A stretch of DNA of 32,000 nucleotides from an uncultured archaeon (GTDB lineage: Archaea > Iainarchaeota > Iainarchaeia > Iainarchaeales > JAAZKV01). A model generated the notes under the pieces. It did not search any database and was not told where the DNA came from. It saw only the letters and a list, made by a program, of their open reading frames with translations. Where the stretch lies: contig CAZKBG010000002.1 of NCBI GenBank assembly GCA_964551375.1, positions 15,558 to 47,557 on the forward strand, read 5' to 3'. Numbering within the stretch: position 1 is the first letter of the stretch; every line of letters starts with the position of its first letter. Shown in pieces: positions 19,301 to 27,480 of the stretch. Made by a program: the position numbers and the translations under genes.

Positions 19301-21520
19301 AATACAAAAGACACTACTTTTACAACAAGCGCTTCAGCGCTTAATACTGCTGCAAAAGAAAAAGATGCTAATACAAAAAAAATAAGCTTTGAAGAGAATA
19401 ATTTTGGATTAAAAGAAAACTGCGACAACATGGTGAGAATCACAGTTCCTGATTATAAAACAAATTTAATGCAGGACGCAAAACCGATAACAATCTCTCT
19501 TGACACAGTAAATGCAGTGTGGAGCTTTGATGAAGCAAAAGTATTTGATGTATTTGAAAGCCAGGAAGTGGGCGTAATTTTTGCAAATGCAGGGCTTAGA
19601 AAAAATTCTTTTGGAACAGTTGAATTTAAGGCAACTAAACATGAAAACGCAAATCCCTCAACTGTGACAAGCGGAACGTTCGGACCGTTTAATGTTCCTG
19701 ATATTTCACAAAATGAAATTTCGCAAAAATATCACATTAAATTCAATGTTGAGCCGAGAAAGGGGAATACATTCGTTCCTCTTCAGAATAATTTGTGCAC
19801 TAATGAGCTGTTAAGGGGAAAAAGCGGAAGCGCCGCGCTCCCTAATATATTATTTTCTTGGGACTGGAACAGCGTTGCGGGGCTTGGCGCTTTAAAAAAT
19901 CCTATAAAACAAAATACTTTTAGAACTGCAAGAATCGGAACAGGCGAGGGCGAGCCTTTTATTGACGCAGTGCAATTAAGCATACTAATGAGCAAAAAAC
20001 TCGGCGCGTTAAATTCTTTTTTAAGCCAAAACACGCTTGAGTGTCCAACCAATCCTTCAAGATTAATACTTGGCGCGATAAAACCTGTTATTGTTGATAA
20101 GGACGGACAATTTGCCGACAAGGAACTGGAAGATATTGAATTTGACTGCTTTATGCCCTTGACGACAAAAACTTATGACGGCAAGCCGGCTCTTTATTAT
20201 TATTTAACATCCTCTCCGTTAAATGAAGCTCCTGAAGGAATAAGCGACGCCGAGGTTGTGAGCACTGCTGATGAATTTTTAGGACTTGTTGATTTTAATG
20301 CAAACCTTATGAGAGACGGATACGGATTTGACATGCAATATGATTATGCTGACAGCTATTCAAGAAAAATACTTGTTGCTGCGCCGTCATTTTTGGACTC
20401 TTCAACGGGAGCAAAAAAGTTCTTCCTTGACAAAGACAGATTGTTTTACACTTCTGAAGCAAATTTCTTCCTTGCTCAAAGAGCGTGGAATCTTCCTGAT
20501 GCTGGAAAATACAGGGTTAGAATGCTAATTGATTTTGACGGATATCCTGCCATATTTAGAGGCTCTTCGCCTGCTGCAAAAATAAAAGTTGAATTATATT
20601 CTCTTGAGCCTGTAAGCTCAAATTTCAGCCCGTTTTATTACGTGCCAATAGACGGAGCAGTAGGAGCTGAAGTAAACAATAACCGCTACGGATACGGAAC
20701 ATCACTTACTGGGCCTAATCCCGAGCCAATAATGGTTTCAAATACTGATTCAATCGCGCTTGTTTCAAGACAAAAAGATTCGCTTGTAAAGATACTTGAA
20801 ACAAAATTAAGCAGATTTGGAATAGAAAACTACTCGCCTTCTCTTAGAGGAAAAGTAATCACGCTTCAGTATAATTATAATACAAAAACACTTGATGATG
20901 GAAATTCATACTTCCTTTACTCTCCTGTGGTTGGAACTCCTGTTATTGTAAAAGCAAACGGGACTGCTGGAGAGAGCACAGCATATGTTTATTCTTTACT
21001 ATTTAATGGAAGAGAATTTGACCCAGGAACGCAAAATCTTCTTCTTTGGACAGGAGTAAACAGCTGCACAAATCTTGCAGGACAGCCTATAACAAAAAAT
21101 TATAACAGGACAGGGGATTCAGTTCTTGGAGGCGCGTATTCAATAAATCTGCCAAAAAGCGAGGTGGGCGGCTCGACTTTACTAAAAACAGTTGTATATT
21201 CTCCGATTGATGATATGTATGCAATATCAAAGCAAGAAAACGGAGCAATGTACACAACAGGCGAGCCAAATGGTGCTGCAAATCCAGTTGCGCTTGCAGG
21301 AATTACGGGAATGTATGGAAACGACAAAGCAAACGCTTCAGTTCCAAATTATCTTGAAAGAATGTTTGCAAGCGTTGAAAAAGGAGATTTGTGCATTTCA
21401 AGAACAAGCTCAAGAGAATCAATGTGGTGGAGCGAGGAAAGTTTGTTTAAGAAAAGTCTGGCTGGAAAAGAATCTCTTTACCAAAGAGAAGAAGCGCTAA
21501 AATCACAATGCGCAAGATAA
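16289..21520 (+). CDS. Giant N-terminally membrane-anchored surface protein (1743 aa), C-terminally related to the upstream gene
   Basis: Overlaps the previous ORF by 13 nt; TM segment LLVIAGAVVVIIIIAILAINLL; central Ala/helix-rich region; C-terminal module similar to that of the 9930 gene. Confidence 0.85.
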   Translation: MRRIKNKKTGKKMAKERNNSEEYPDYKTSYAAENAEGGFPIKKLLVIAGAVVVIIIIAILAINLLGQTNNALFYDVFGNILGSKVSISKDGKLIDSFNTDGDVLHLSGNPNGDIDVAVRPGSILFSNKNISVNLKSGGKIVVKTSQSGAVYVDENGIVHVIINPLEDLNIPGHYDDETGEFIIDDPNVEIIIEYVIDDPDSGETVIVELEADLSLLESQQDGCLSLSKTMVRDVTHYGTLETPTTIKLLCEPQGEIVALLEWKSERMGNVEVVFGNYSSSTLLEKYEKPILMPKDYSYNAKIIYTPFKEFAGQKAQFNVNIRYEASKGSIQFDVANDNLEQCIGITPEKLLIPKGQDETSITIDASTCHSEKIEVYLCDGDSGCTGGAPEGQIGVEQQMFVLSPKSNPKKTITLSRVDLPGAYGITIHARTPKADKILIGEETLIVEPNGTEELTPDKFVISLMGGAKDSMRITNTSLAEDIDVDASICSVYKNSLGTIAESEAGSNYGMGFHNVSVYSQSWWKDLRTSSSKFSGDGKYQAAFTNTLVEIDYLRYIAQAYSAEKNYKIKKSYMDLKGMPVKAQILVDEAAVGVTKAQDLKDKMDAANEFAEANFASQIVSTISSITGLATTYAILQIDLTTLQGYIETINACPPAVAPLKVATQALARANSSTAVNVATVAEGISAVNSIYSIYQNVDSVTKETDEINATGALEEAKNVQSKIKDAKSKIDSANKNVSLALGEASIDEFKKSSEQDYKAEEYLRKAREDMLDANALLKEALTSQLKANDFITTVLPELPSTSDTVVQGVQLLVQLVTMLGIVHTQSALIQEAITETSAAMKATTSAVASGCSAVATSEACCPVIGTDTMAEIEVSKLQANSALSVASALSVLNAVQTVYSAFSTYNTMTNDYTEQFNKVNEQFSTNVQDIYDMQDEVKQSLKSLPEGIDAAEWLGDKETQASKAAGYSSIVDLPESYNKERLTGLIGTALINGFVNGAYIGGVYNTKDTTFTTSASALNTAAKEKDANTKKISFEENNFGLKENCDNMVRITVPDYKTNLMQDAKPITISLDTVNAVWSFDEAKVFDVFESQEVGVIFANAGLRKNSFGTVEFKATKHENANPSTVTSGTFGPFNVPDISQNEISQKYHIKFNVEPRKGNTFVPLQNNLCTNELLRGKSGSAALPNILFSWDWNSVAGLGALKNPIKQNTFRTARIGTGEGEPFIDAVQLSILMSKKLGALNSFLSQNTLECPTNPSRLILGAIKPVIVDKDGQFADKELEDIEFDCFMPLTTKTYDGKPALYYYLTSSPLNEAPEGISDAEVVSTADEFLGLVDFNANLMRDGYGFDMQYDYADSYSRKILVAAPSFLDSSTGAKKFFLDKDRLFYTSEANFFLAQRAWNLPDAGKYRVRMLIDFDGYPAIFRGSSPAAKIKVELYSLEPVSSNFSPFYYVPIDGAVGAEVNNNRYGYGTSLTGPNPEPIMVSNTDSIALVSRQKDSLVKILETKLSRFGIENYSPSLRGKVITLQYNYNTKTLDDGNSYFLYSPVVGTPVIVKANGTAGESTAYVYSLLFNGREFDPGTQNLLLWTGVNSCTNLAGQPITKNYNRTGDSVLGGAYSINLPKSEVGGSTLLKTVVYSPIDDMYAISKQENGAMYTTGEPNGAANPVALAGITGMYGNDKANASVPNYLERMFASVEKGDLCISRTSSRESMWWSEESLFKKSLAGKESLYQREEALKSQCAR

Positions 21521-21565
21521 AATCCAAACTTACTTAACAGAAAAGTATTTTTAAGTTCTTGTAAA

Positions 21566-22531
21566 TTAGTCTCTGTCAATTATTTTTGTCTTGTACTTTG
21601 AAGACTTGTTTTTTAGAAGAATAATTCGTGAGTTCTCTTTTTCAGATTCATACTTATATGAAGGCATCTTAGACAAAAGTCGCTTAGCAAAGTCTTTTGT
21701 GTATTCATGGCTCGGCGTGTTTTCTTCTTTTAATCTCTGCCTTGAAAAACCAAGCCACATATATGATTTAACTTCAATAAAATCGCTCCCTGTTGCTTCC
21801 AGCATTTCAGCAAATTCATTAATAGTTTCATCTGAATCATTTAATCCCTTGATTACAGTCAGGCGGATTACTGTTCTTGTATTTAGAAGCGAAAGCGACG
21901 CAAGGGACTTTAGATAATTCATCCAGCCGTTTTTTTCAGCGTTCTTTGTAATCTTCTTCCAAGTCTCCTCATTTGGACCCACCATTGAAACATAAAGCTG
22001 GGTTGGAAGAGAATTCTTCTTTTCAAGAGCCAAAAGCATTTTTGGATTCTGTCCGTTAGTGACTAAAAAAACAGTTTCAGTTCCAGGCCTTTCTTTAATC
22101 AATTTAATCAATTCGGGAAGTTTTTTATAAAGCGTAGGCTCCCCGCTTAGAGAAATTGCCCAGTGCCTCTGTTCATTAGCCTTGGCAAAAACTTCTTTTG
22201 AAACATTATTGTGCCCTCCAAATCCTGAAATCAATTTTTTTCTTCTTTCAATTAATCCTTTAATTAATTCTTTTGGGTCGCTTGGCTCATTTGGCTGTCC
22301 TTTCATGTATTCCATGGGGCGCCAGCAGAATACACAGGAGTTATTGCACCAAAAAGTTGTTGGAGCTATCTGGTGGCATGAAATAGTATCAGCGCCGTAA
22401 AAATCCTGCTTGTAGCAATTTCCCTGCCCTCTTAAGGATTTTTTGTTCCACTCGCAAATTTGAATGCCGGCATCTTCGTAAAAGCCGTACTTTTTGTGCT
22501 CAAATGCCTTGATTAAATCCTGTTTTTTCAT
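21566..22531 (-). CDS. taw1: S-adenosylmethionine-dependent tRNA 4-demethylwyosine synthase
   Basis: CYKQDFYGADTISCHQIAPTTFWCNNSCVFCWR (Taw1/TYW1-type extra Cys plus radical-SAM CxxxCxxC), followed by SLSGEPTLYKKLPEL. Confidence 0.93.
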   Translation of the reverse strand: MKKQDLIKAFEHKKYGFYEDAGIQICEWNKKSLRGQGNCYKQDFYGADTISCHQIAPTTFWCNNSCVFCWRPMEYMKGQPNEPSDPKELIKGLIERRKKLISGFGGHNNVSKEVFAKANEQRHWAISLSGEPTLYKKLPELIKLIKERPGTETVFLVTNGQNPKMLLALEKKNSLPTQLYVSMVGPNEETWKKITKNAEKNGWMNYLKSLASLSLLNTRTVIRLTVIKGLNDSDETINEFAEMLEATGSDFIEVKSYMWLGFSRQRLKEENTPSHEYTKDFAKRLLSKMPSYKYESEKENSRIILLKNKSSKYKTKIIDRD

Positions 22532-22642
22532 AACGAACAGCTCAATTTTATTATTTTATCGTAACAAATGAACGCGAAGGAATGCTTATAAACAAAATGA
22601 ATAAACTATTCCTTACAATCTTTTTGGGATAATTAGGGGTGT

Positions 22643-23083
22643 ATGGAAATGGAAGGATCAATTCAATTTATAGCAAACTACGACGACTGGAAGGCGATAA
22701 GAAAACAAACTATTACTGAAAAGACTTCTCCGCTTGTGGTTGCTGAGTTTTTAGCGAGCCTTACAAACAGCGTTGACGGGAAAGTTGAAGCAAATTTAAG
22801 AAAGATTGTTGCGCTTGAAAAACTTGACAAAGCAATTGATGAACTCGGGCTTGCAAAAGGCGATGCTGTGAGAGCGATGGAAGAAATTAACACACGAAAA
22901 GTATCTTCTGTAATTAATGAAATAAGCGCTGTTCCAACACTTCAAAAGAACCAGCAGAAAGAAGTTGCTGACTTCTGCAAAACTTATGCTACAAGAAAAT
23001 GCCTTAAAGCGTGCGGGTTGATAATTGATTATTCACAGATACAAATACCTGGGATGGGGAGACTAAAGAAAGCAAAAGTATAA
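22643..23083 (+). CDS. Hypothetical helical protein, 146 aa
   Basis: Complete ORF in the expected spacing between neighbours; no family recognised. Confidence 0.6.
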   Translation: MEMEGSIQFIANYDDWKAIRKQTITEKTSPLVVAEFLASLTNSVDGKVEANLRKIVALEKLDKAIDELGLAKGDAVRAMEEINTRKVSSVINEISAVPTLQKNQQKEVADFCKTYATRKCLKACGLIIDYSQIQIPGMGRLKKAKV

Positions 23084-23182
23084 TTTTGCTTTTTAGTTTT
23101 ATTTTTATTTTGATTATTTGGGTTAAAATTAACTAATAACTCAAATTATTGGACATATTTTTGGCTAATGCGGGTGTTGTGA

Positions 23183-24061
23183 TTGATTTTCAATGAAATT
23201 ATAATAAATCAATTCTTCCAAAGCTACTCAACCCCTCTTCTTGATTTGATTGTGAAAGCAAGCACTTACATGGGGCATCCGGGGCCGTGGATTCTTCTTG
23301 CAGCATGGCTTTTCTGGCTGGGATATGAAAGAAAAAGCTTTGTTATAATGTCAATAATTCTTTTCGCAGGCGCAATAGCAGGAGCCATGAAAATATTTAT
23401 CGCAAGGCCCCGCCCAGAAGGAATACTTCTATTGGACCATGAAGTCACTTATTCCATGCCTTCGGGACACACAACTCTAATAACTTCATTTGCAACATTT
23501 GGATGGTTCAAAAAAACCTTAAAAAAACCGCTAAAAATATTGCTGGTGATTGCAGTAATCATAGTTGCAATTTCAAGAATATATCTTGGAGTTCACTACT
23601 TCACAGATGTAATTGTTGGACTGCTGCTTGGGCTTTTAATCGGCTGGGCAGTAATTAAAATCGAAGCAAAAATCCACAAAATGCACTTTCATATTACAAA
23701 AATACAAGATGAATACCTTGCGGTCGGATTTTTTGTTCTCGCAGTAATGTTTTACATGTTCATTCAAAGCGCATACCCTGAAGCATTTGCATTATTCGGA
23801 TACTTTGCGGGATACGCGCTTTACAGACATTCAGGCGTTGACTTAAAGCCCGTTCAGACAACAAAACAAGCAGTTGTGATTGTGGTGTTTGGAACACTAA
23901 TAACAGGCGCGATATATTATCTTGCAACAAAAGCAACAGGACTTGATTCAGTCGGATTATACTTCTTAACAGGACTATTTGTCACAGTATTCTGGCCGGT
24001 TATAATACATAAATACGTAATCAAAAGAGAAGAACACAAAGCAAAAAAGAAAAAGAAATGA
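23183..24061 (+). CDS. PAP2 superfamily membrane phosphatase (TTG start uncertain)
   Basis: KIFIARPRPEG...PSGHTTLITS...SRIYLGVHYFTDV, the three PAP2 motifs, in a polytopic protein. Confidence 0.9.
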   Translation: MIFNEIIINQFFQSYSTPLLDLIVKASTYMGHPGPWILLAAWLFWLGYERKSFVIMSIILFAGAIAGAMKIFIARPRPEGILLLDHEVTYSMPSGHTTLITSFATFGWFKKTLKKPLKILLVIAVIIVAISRIYLGVHYFTDVIVGLLLGLLIGWAVIKIEAKIHKMHFHITKIQDEYLAVGFFVLAVMFYMFIQSAYPEAFALFGYFAGYALYRHSGVDLKPVQTTKQAVVIVVFGTLITGAIYYLATKATGLDSVGLYFLTGLFVTVFWPVIIHKYVIKREEHKAKKKKK

Positions 24062-24150
24062 TTTTTTTCCTCCCAAGCGCCTACTCAAAAGCTTTAAAAA
24101 CATCCCTTGCTAAATTCTACTTAAGGGAGAGCTGCGAAGCAAACTCTAAT

Positions 24151-24328
24151 CCCCCCTTAGTTTAGTAGCTAGAACGCTCGGCTGTAGCACGGGCTTTTCT
24201 TTTTAAAAAGAAAAGCCACGGTTCCAAAAGAAAAATTGGTGCCGCTGGAACACCAGCACTAAAAAATAGTTCTGGAGAAGTCACGTAAAGTGACCGAGAT
24301 ATCCCCGGTGCAATTCTGGGAGGGGGGA
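24151..24328 (+). tRNA. tRNA-Tyr(GTA) with a 105-nt intron (24188-24292) at position 37/38
   Basis: CCCCCCT/AGGGGGG acceptor, GTTT/GAAC D stem, CTCGG-CTGTAG^intron^A-CCGAG anticodon arm, CCCGG-TGCAATT-CTGGG T arm, A73. The mature form is 73 nt. C1-G72 fits archaeal tRNA-Tyr. Confidence 0.88.
24192..24217. repeat. 26-nt perfect palindrome inside the tRNA-Tyr intron
   Basis: GGCTTTTCTTTTTAAAAAGAAAAGCC. Confidence 0.95.
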
Positions 24329-26515
24329 TTACTTTTTTTCAACTGGAACCAAAAGTATTTTTGTTCTTACAATCAAATCTCTTTTTGATGGATTATATAC
24401 AATGCTTTTAGTCAGAGCCTGTGATTTTTGATGAGTTCTTCTTTCAAGCTGGCTTAATTGTTCTTTTGTTTCTTCTCTGATCTTTGAGAGTTTGTTTTTT
24501 ATTTTCAGGCTCTTAAATTTTAATGCCTTAATTTTCTTTTCCAAAACATTGATTCTTGCGGTTTTTTCGGCAAGCCTTTTATTTCCAAACAGCTTTCTGA
24601 CAAATCTTTTTGAATTAATGCCCAAAAGAGCGGTTCTTAAAGAATCAATTTTTTTGTTGTTTAATTTTAGAACGCTTAATATTTTTGTTTGCTTAATCTC
24701 CGACTTTTCAAGCAAAAGGCGTTTTGAATATTCTAAATCTTCTTTCATAAATGAATAATTTAATTTAACAACAGCTCCTCTTTTTTCTTCAATCCCTTTA
24801 GTCACCTTGCTTGAATAAACCTTTTTCTTAAGAGAGCGCTGGCTTTGGGATATTGACTCAAAAATCAGCTTTTTTACGCTTCTTTTTGGATTTAAAACAT
24901 CATAATTATACTTTACAATTTTTTTCCAGTCTGCATTTTGAGGCAATCTGGATTTGGAATTTTTTGCGGACAAATCATAAATAAACGGTTGAGTTGCCGG
25001 AAATATTTTGCCCTTGAAAGGCTTAGGCTCGATGGTAATGCTTAGAAAAGTTTTATACTTTAAAGCGTCTTTTGTTGAAGTGAAAATTTCAGTGGTGTTT
25101 GAATATTTCTGCGATTGTGCTTTTAATCTTTTCAGGACTTTTGATGAATAATCTTTTGGAAGAACAGGAGCTGGCTTTATTTTATCCATTTTTGGTAGTT
25201 TTAACTCTGAAGTTATTTGCGGACGGCTTTTTGCATCATTGACCCACCCGATTTCTTTCTCATTTAAAGGCCCAAAATGATAGCTGTAAACCCACCTTGA
25301 ATGAATTTTGGCATTAATATTTTCAACTGAATTATTATAATAAAAATCCCCTGTGTTAAAACCAAGCAGAGATTGCTTTAGTCCTGTTGTGGAAATTCCA
25401 ATAGCGGTTGAAACTTTTTCAATATCATTATCTGTTCTTAATTTTCCGATAAATCTTGTCCCGATGTTTCCCAATACTTTGTAATCAATATCCCCGGGGT
25501 TCTGCGTGGCTAAAATTATTCCTAATCCAAATGCGCGCGACTGCCGTATCAGCGTTTCAAGAATCTTTTTGCACGGAGGATTTGCGGGAGGCGCAGGAAA
25601 TAAGCCTGCAATCTCATCAATGTAAAGAATATACTTTAATTTTTCAGAGCCTCCTTTGTGCAATAAGAATCTGTAAATTTTGTCAAGAATCTGCTCAACC
25701 GCATACTGTTTGTCTTCAGTAATGCCTGTGAATCTCAAATCAAATACTGAAAGAGTTTTTGGGGCGCACATTTCTTCAATTTGTATGTTGTTTTTTGAAC
25801 GCCACGCCTGCTTTGACGGAGAAGAAAGTATGAGATTTACCGATGAAGCTATTTTTTTCCGTTCAGCTTCTTTTAAAAAATCATCAAGCGAAAGAGTCCC
25901 AAGGTTTTGAAAAGGAGGGTGGATTATCTGTGGTATTAGTGTTTCTAAAGTCAGGTTTTTGCTTTCAAGCCAGCTCTTTAGGATAATTGATGATAAAAGG
26001 GATTTAGACTTTTCTTTGTTGTTTTTAATTTCTGCCAGATTGCAGATTGATTCAGCCAACGGCTCAATAATCATTGTGGCAAGTGTGGGGTCTTTTTCAT
26101 AAGCTTCAATAAAATTTTTTGGGCAGGAAAGATCTGGAATTAAGTTGACTGAAATTCCAATTGAAGATTTTGGAGTGTATATTTTGGTTTTTGTTTCAGA
26201 AAGCTTTTCAAGCCCGCCCAGTTTTGATGAATCAAAATTAGACAAGTAAGTTTTTTGGATTTTTTCAGCGTTTTGCGCAAAAGGACGGAAATCAAAAGTT
26301 TTGCTTACAATTCCAAGCCCCCCTATATCGCCTTTAGGGTCAATTGCAATTATTGGAATTCCGTTTGACAATGCTTCTTCAATAAGCACTTTGCACATAA
26401 CTGTTTTTCCAGAACCCGTAGTTCCAAGAACCGCGGCATGCTGGGTTAAATTATTCAAGTCATAAACTGCTTCTTTTCGGTTTTCAATATTTTTTCCAAT
26501 AAAAGCAGATTTCAT
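24329..26515 (-). CDS. HerA-like/DUF87-type ATPase
   Basis: Walker A GTTGSGKT, IIAIDPKGD, Walker B-like YILYIDEIAGLF, ILATQNPGDIDYKVLGNIGTRFIGKL; C-terminal coiled-coil extension. Confidence 0.88.
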   Translation of the reverse strand: MKSAFIGKNIENRKEAVYDLNNLTQHAAVLGTTGSGKTVMCKVLIEEALSNGIPIIAIDPKGDIGGLGIVSKTFDFRPFAQNAEKIQKTYLSNFDSSKLGGLEKLSETKTKIYTPKSSIGISVNLIPDLSCPKNFIEAYEKDPTLATMIIEPLAESICNLAEIKNNKEKSKSLLSSIILKSWLESKNLTLETLIPQIIHPPFQNLGTLSLDDFLKEAERKKIASSVNLILSSPSKQAWRSKNNIQIEEMCAPKTLSVFDLRFTGITEDKQYAVEQILDKIYRFLLHKGGSEKLKYILYIDEIAGLFPAPPANPPCKKILETLIRQSRAFGLGIILATQNPGDIDYKVLGNIGTRFIGKLRTDNDIEKVSTAIGISTTGLKQSLLGFNTGDFYYNNSVENINAKIHSRWVYSYHFGPLNEKEIGWVNDAKSRPQITSELKLPKMDKIKPAPVLPKDYSSKVLKRLKAQSQKYSNTTEIFTSTKDALKYKTFLSITIEPKPFKGKIFPATQPFIYDLSAKNSKSRLPQNADWKKIVKYNYDVLNPKRSVKKLIFESISQSQRSLKKKVYSSKVTKGIEEKRGAVVKLNYSFMKEDLEYSKRLLLEKSEIKQTKILSVLKLNNKKIDSLRTALLGINSKRFVRKLFGNKRLAEKTARINVLEKKIKALKFKSLKIKNKLSKIREETKEQLSQLERRTHQKSQALTKSIVYNPSKRDLIVRTKILLVPVEKK

Positions 26516-26610
26516 ATAAAGGTTTAATTAAAGGAACTTTTAAACATTTGGTTTTGAATTTGCCGGTAATAAAAAGGCGGGAAAAATACTTAAAATAACT
26601 CAATTCTCAA

Positions 26611-27324
26611 TCAGCTTTTGTTTTGGGAAGCGGACCAGATTCTAAAAGCATCTTTATTGCCTTCATTAAACTCGTACTGCATAAAAGTCTGGGTGGAAGT
26701 CAGTACCCTCTGTAAATCAGCTTCATTTGCTCCGGCTGATTTCATGAAATTGTACTGCGTGTACGCGCAGTCAGCTTCGGAAAACGAAGTGTTTGTATTA
26801 TTTGCAAAAGCATGGCAGGCTTCATGAATTACAATTCCCGCAACATATTCATTAGAGCCTGAAAAAACCGCAATCAAAGTCTTGTCTCCCGTCTGTTTTC
26901 CTGAATAAAGCATTCCGGGATCTGTGGCATAAACTGTTGAAAGATTATCAAGCACAAAGCGGGTGTAATTACAGTCTTTGGCTTCAATAAATGTTAAAAC
27001 TTCAACAAGCTTATTTCGATACATTGAGTCGCCTGTGAGAGCGATTGAATTTGTGCCGCATTTTGACGAAGCAAATGTGTTGTTTTGAAAATATGAAGCG
27101 TATAAAATTACTGAAACTATTATCACTAAGAAAAGAACAATCCCTGCTGTGATTAGCATCAAGCTCATTGAACTTGACTTTTTGTCGCCGTAAACTTTAT
27201 TCACAATAGGCTCCACTTTGGCTTTTGCTTCAGGGCCGAACTCCGCCTCAATCTTAAGAAGAATATTTTTCTTAGTCATTCCTGCCTTGATGTACAAATC
27301 AAGCTTTTCTTCAATTGAAGTCAT
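26611..27324 (-). CDS. Membrane-anchored putative zinc metallopeptidase-like protein
   Basis: One TM (SSMSLMLITAGIVLFLVIIVSVILYA) and HEACHAFANNTNTSFSEADCAY, containing HExxH with a downstream Glu. Confidence 0.65.
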   Translation of the reverse strand: MTSIEEKLDLYIKAGMTKKNILLKIEAEFGPEAKAKVEPIVNKVYGDKKSSSMSLMLITAGIVLFLVIIVSVILYASYFQNNTFASSKCGTNSIALTGDSMYRNKLVEVLTFIEAKDCNYTRFVLDNLSTVYATDPGMLYSGKQTGDKTLIAVFSGSNEYVAGIVIHEACHAFANNTNTSFSEADCAYTQYNFMKSAGANEADLQRVLTSTQTFMQYEFNEGNKDAFRIWSASQNKS

Positions 27325-27401
27325 GTTAGGTTAGTAAGGAATTGGCGAATAAATGCTTTTTGATGGGGCAAAAACGGAAAGCTTTCAAAATTCAATAAAT
27401 A

Positions 27402-27413
27402 CCTTTATAAAGG
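27402..27413 (+). promoter_or_regulatory. Palindromic TATA-like element upstream of psmB
   Basis: CCTTTATAAAGG, 68 nt before the ATG at 27481. Confidence 0.45.
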
Positions 27414-27480
27414 TTTATAGACGCAAGTATTGTATAAACTGCTTTTAGAAAGTGCCTTTGAAGTTAAGTGTTGGGGTTTT

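Noticed and set aside
12000-21400. Numerous 60-145 aa antisense ORFs within the two giant genes
   Set aside because: No motif support or independent spacing; explained by long coding stretches on the other strand.
24492-25910. Plus-strand ORFs inside the HerA-like gene
   Set aside because: Fully antisense to a well-supported ATPase with intact motifs; typical shadow ORFs.
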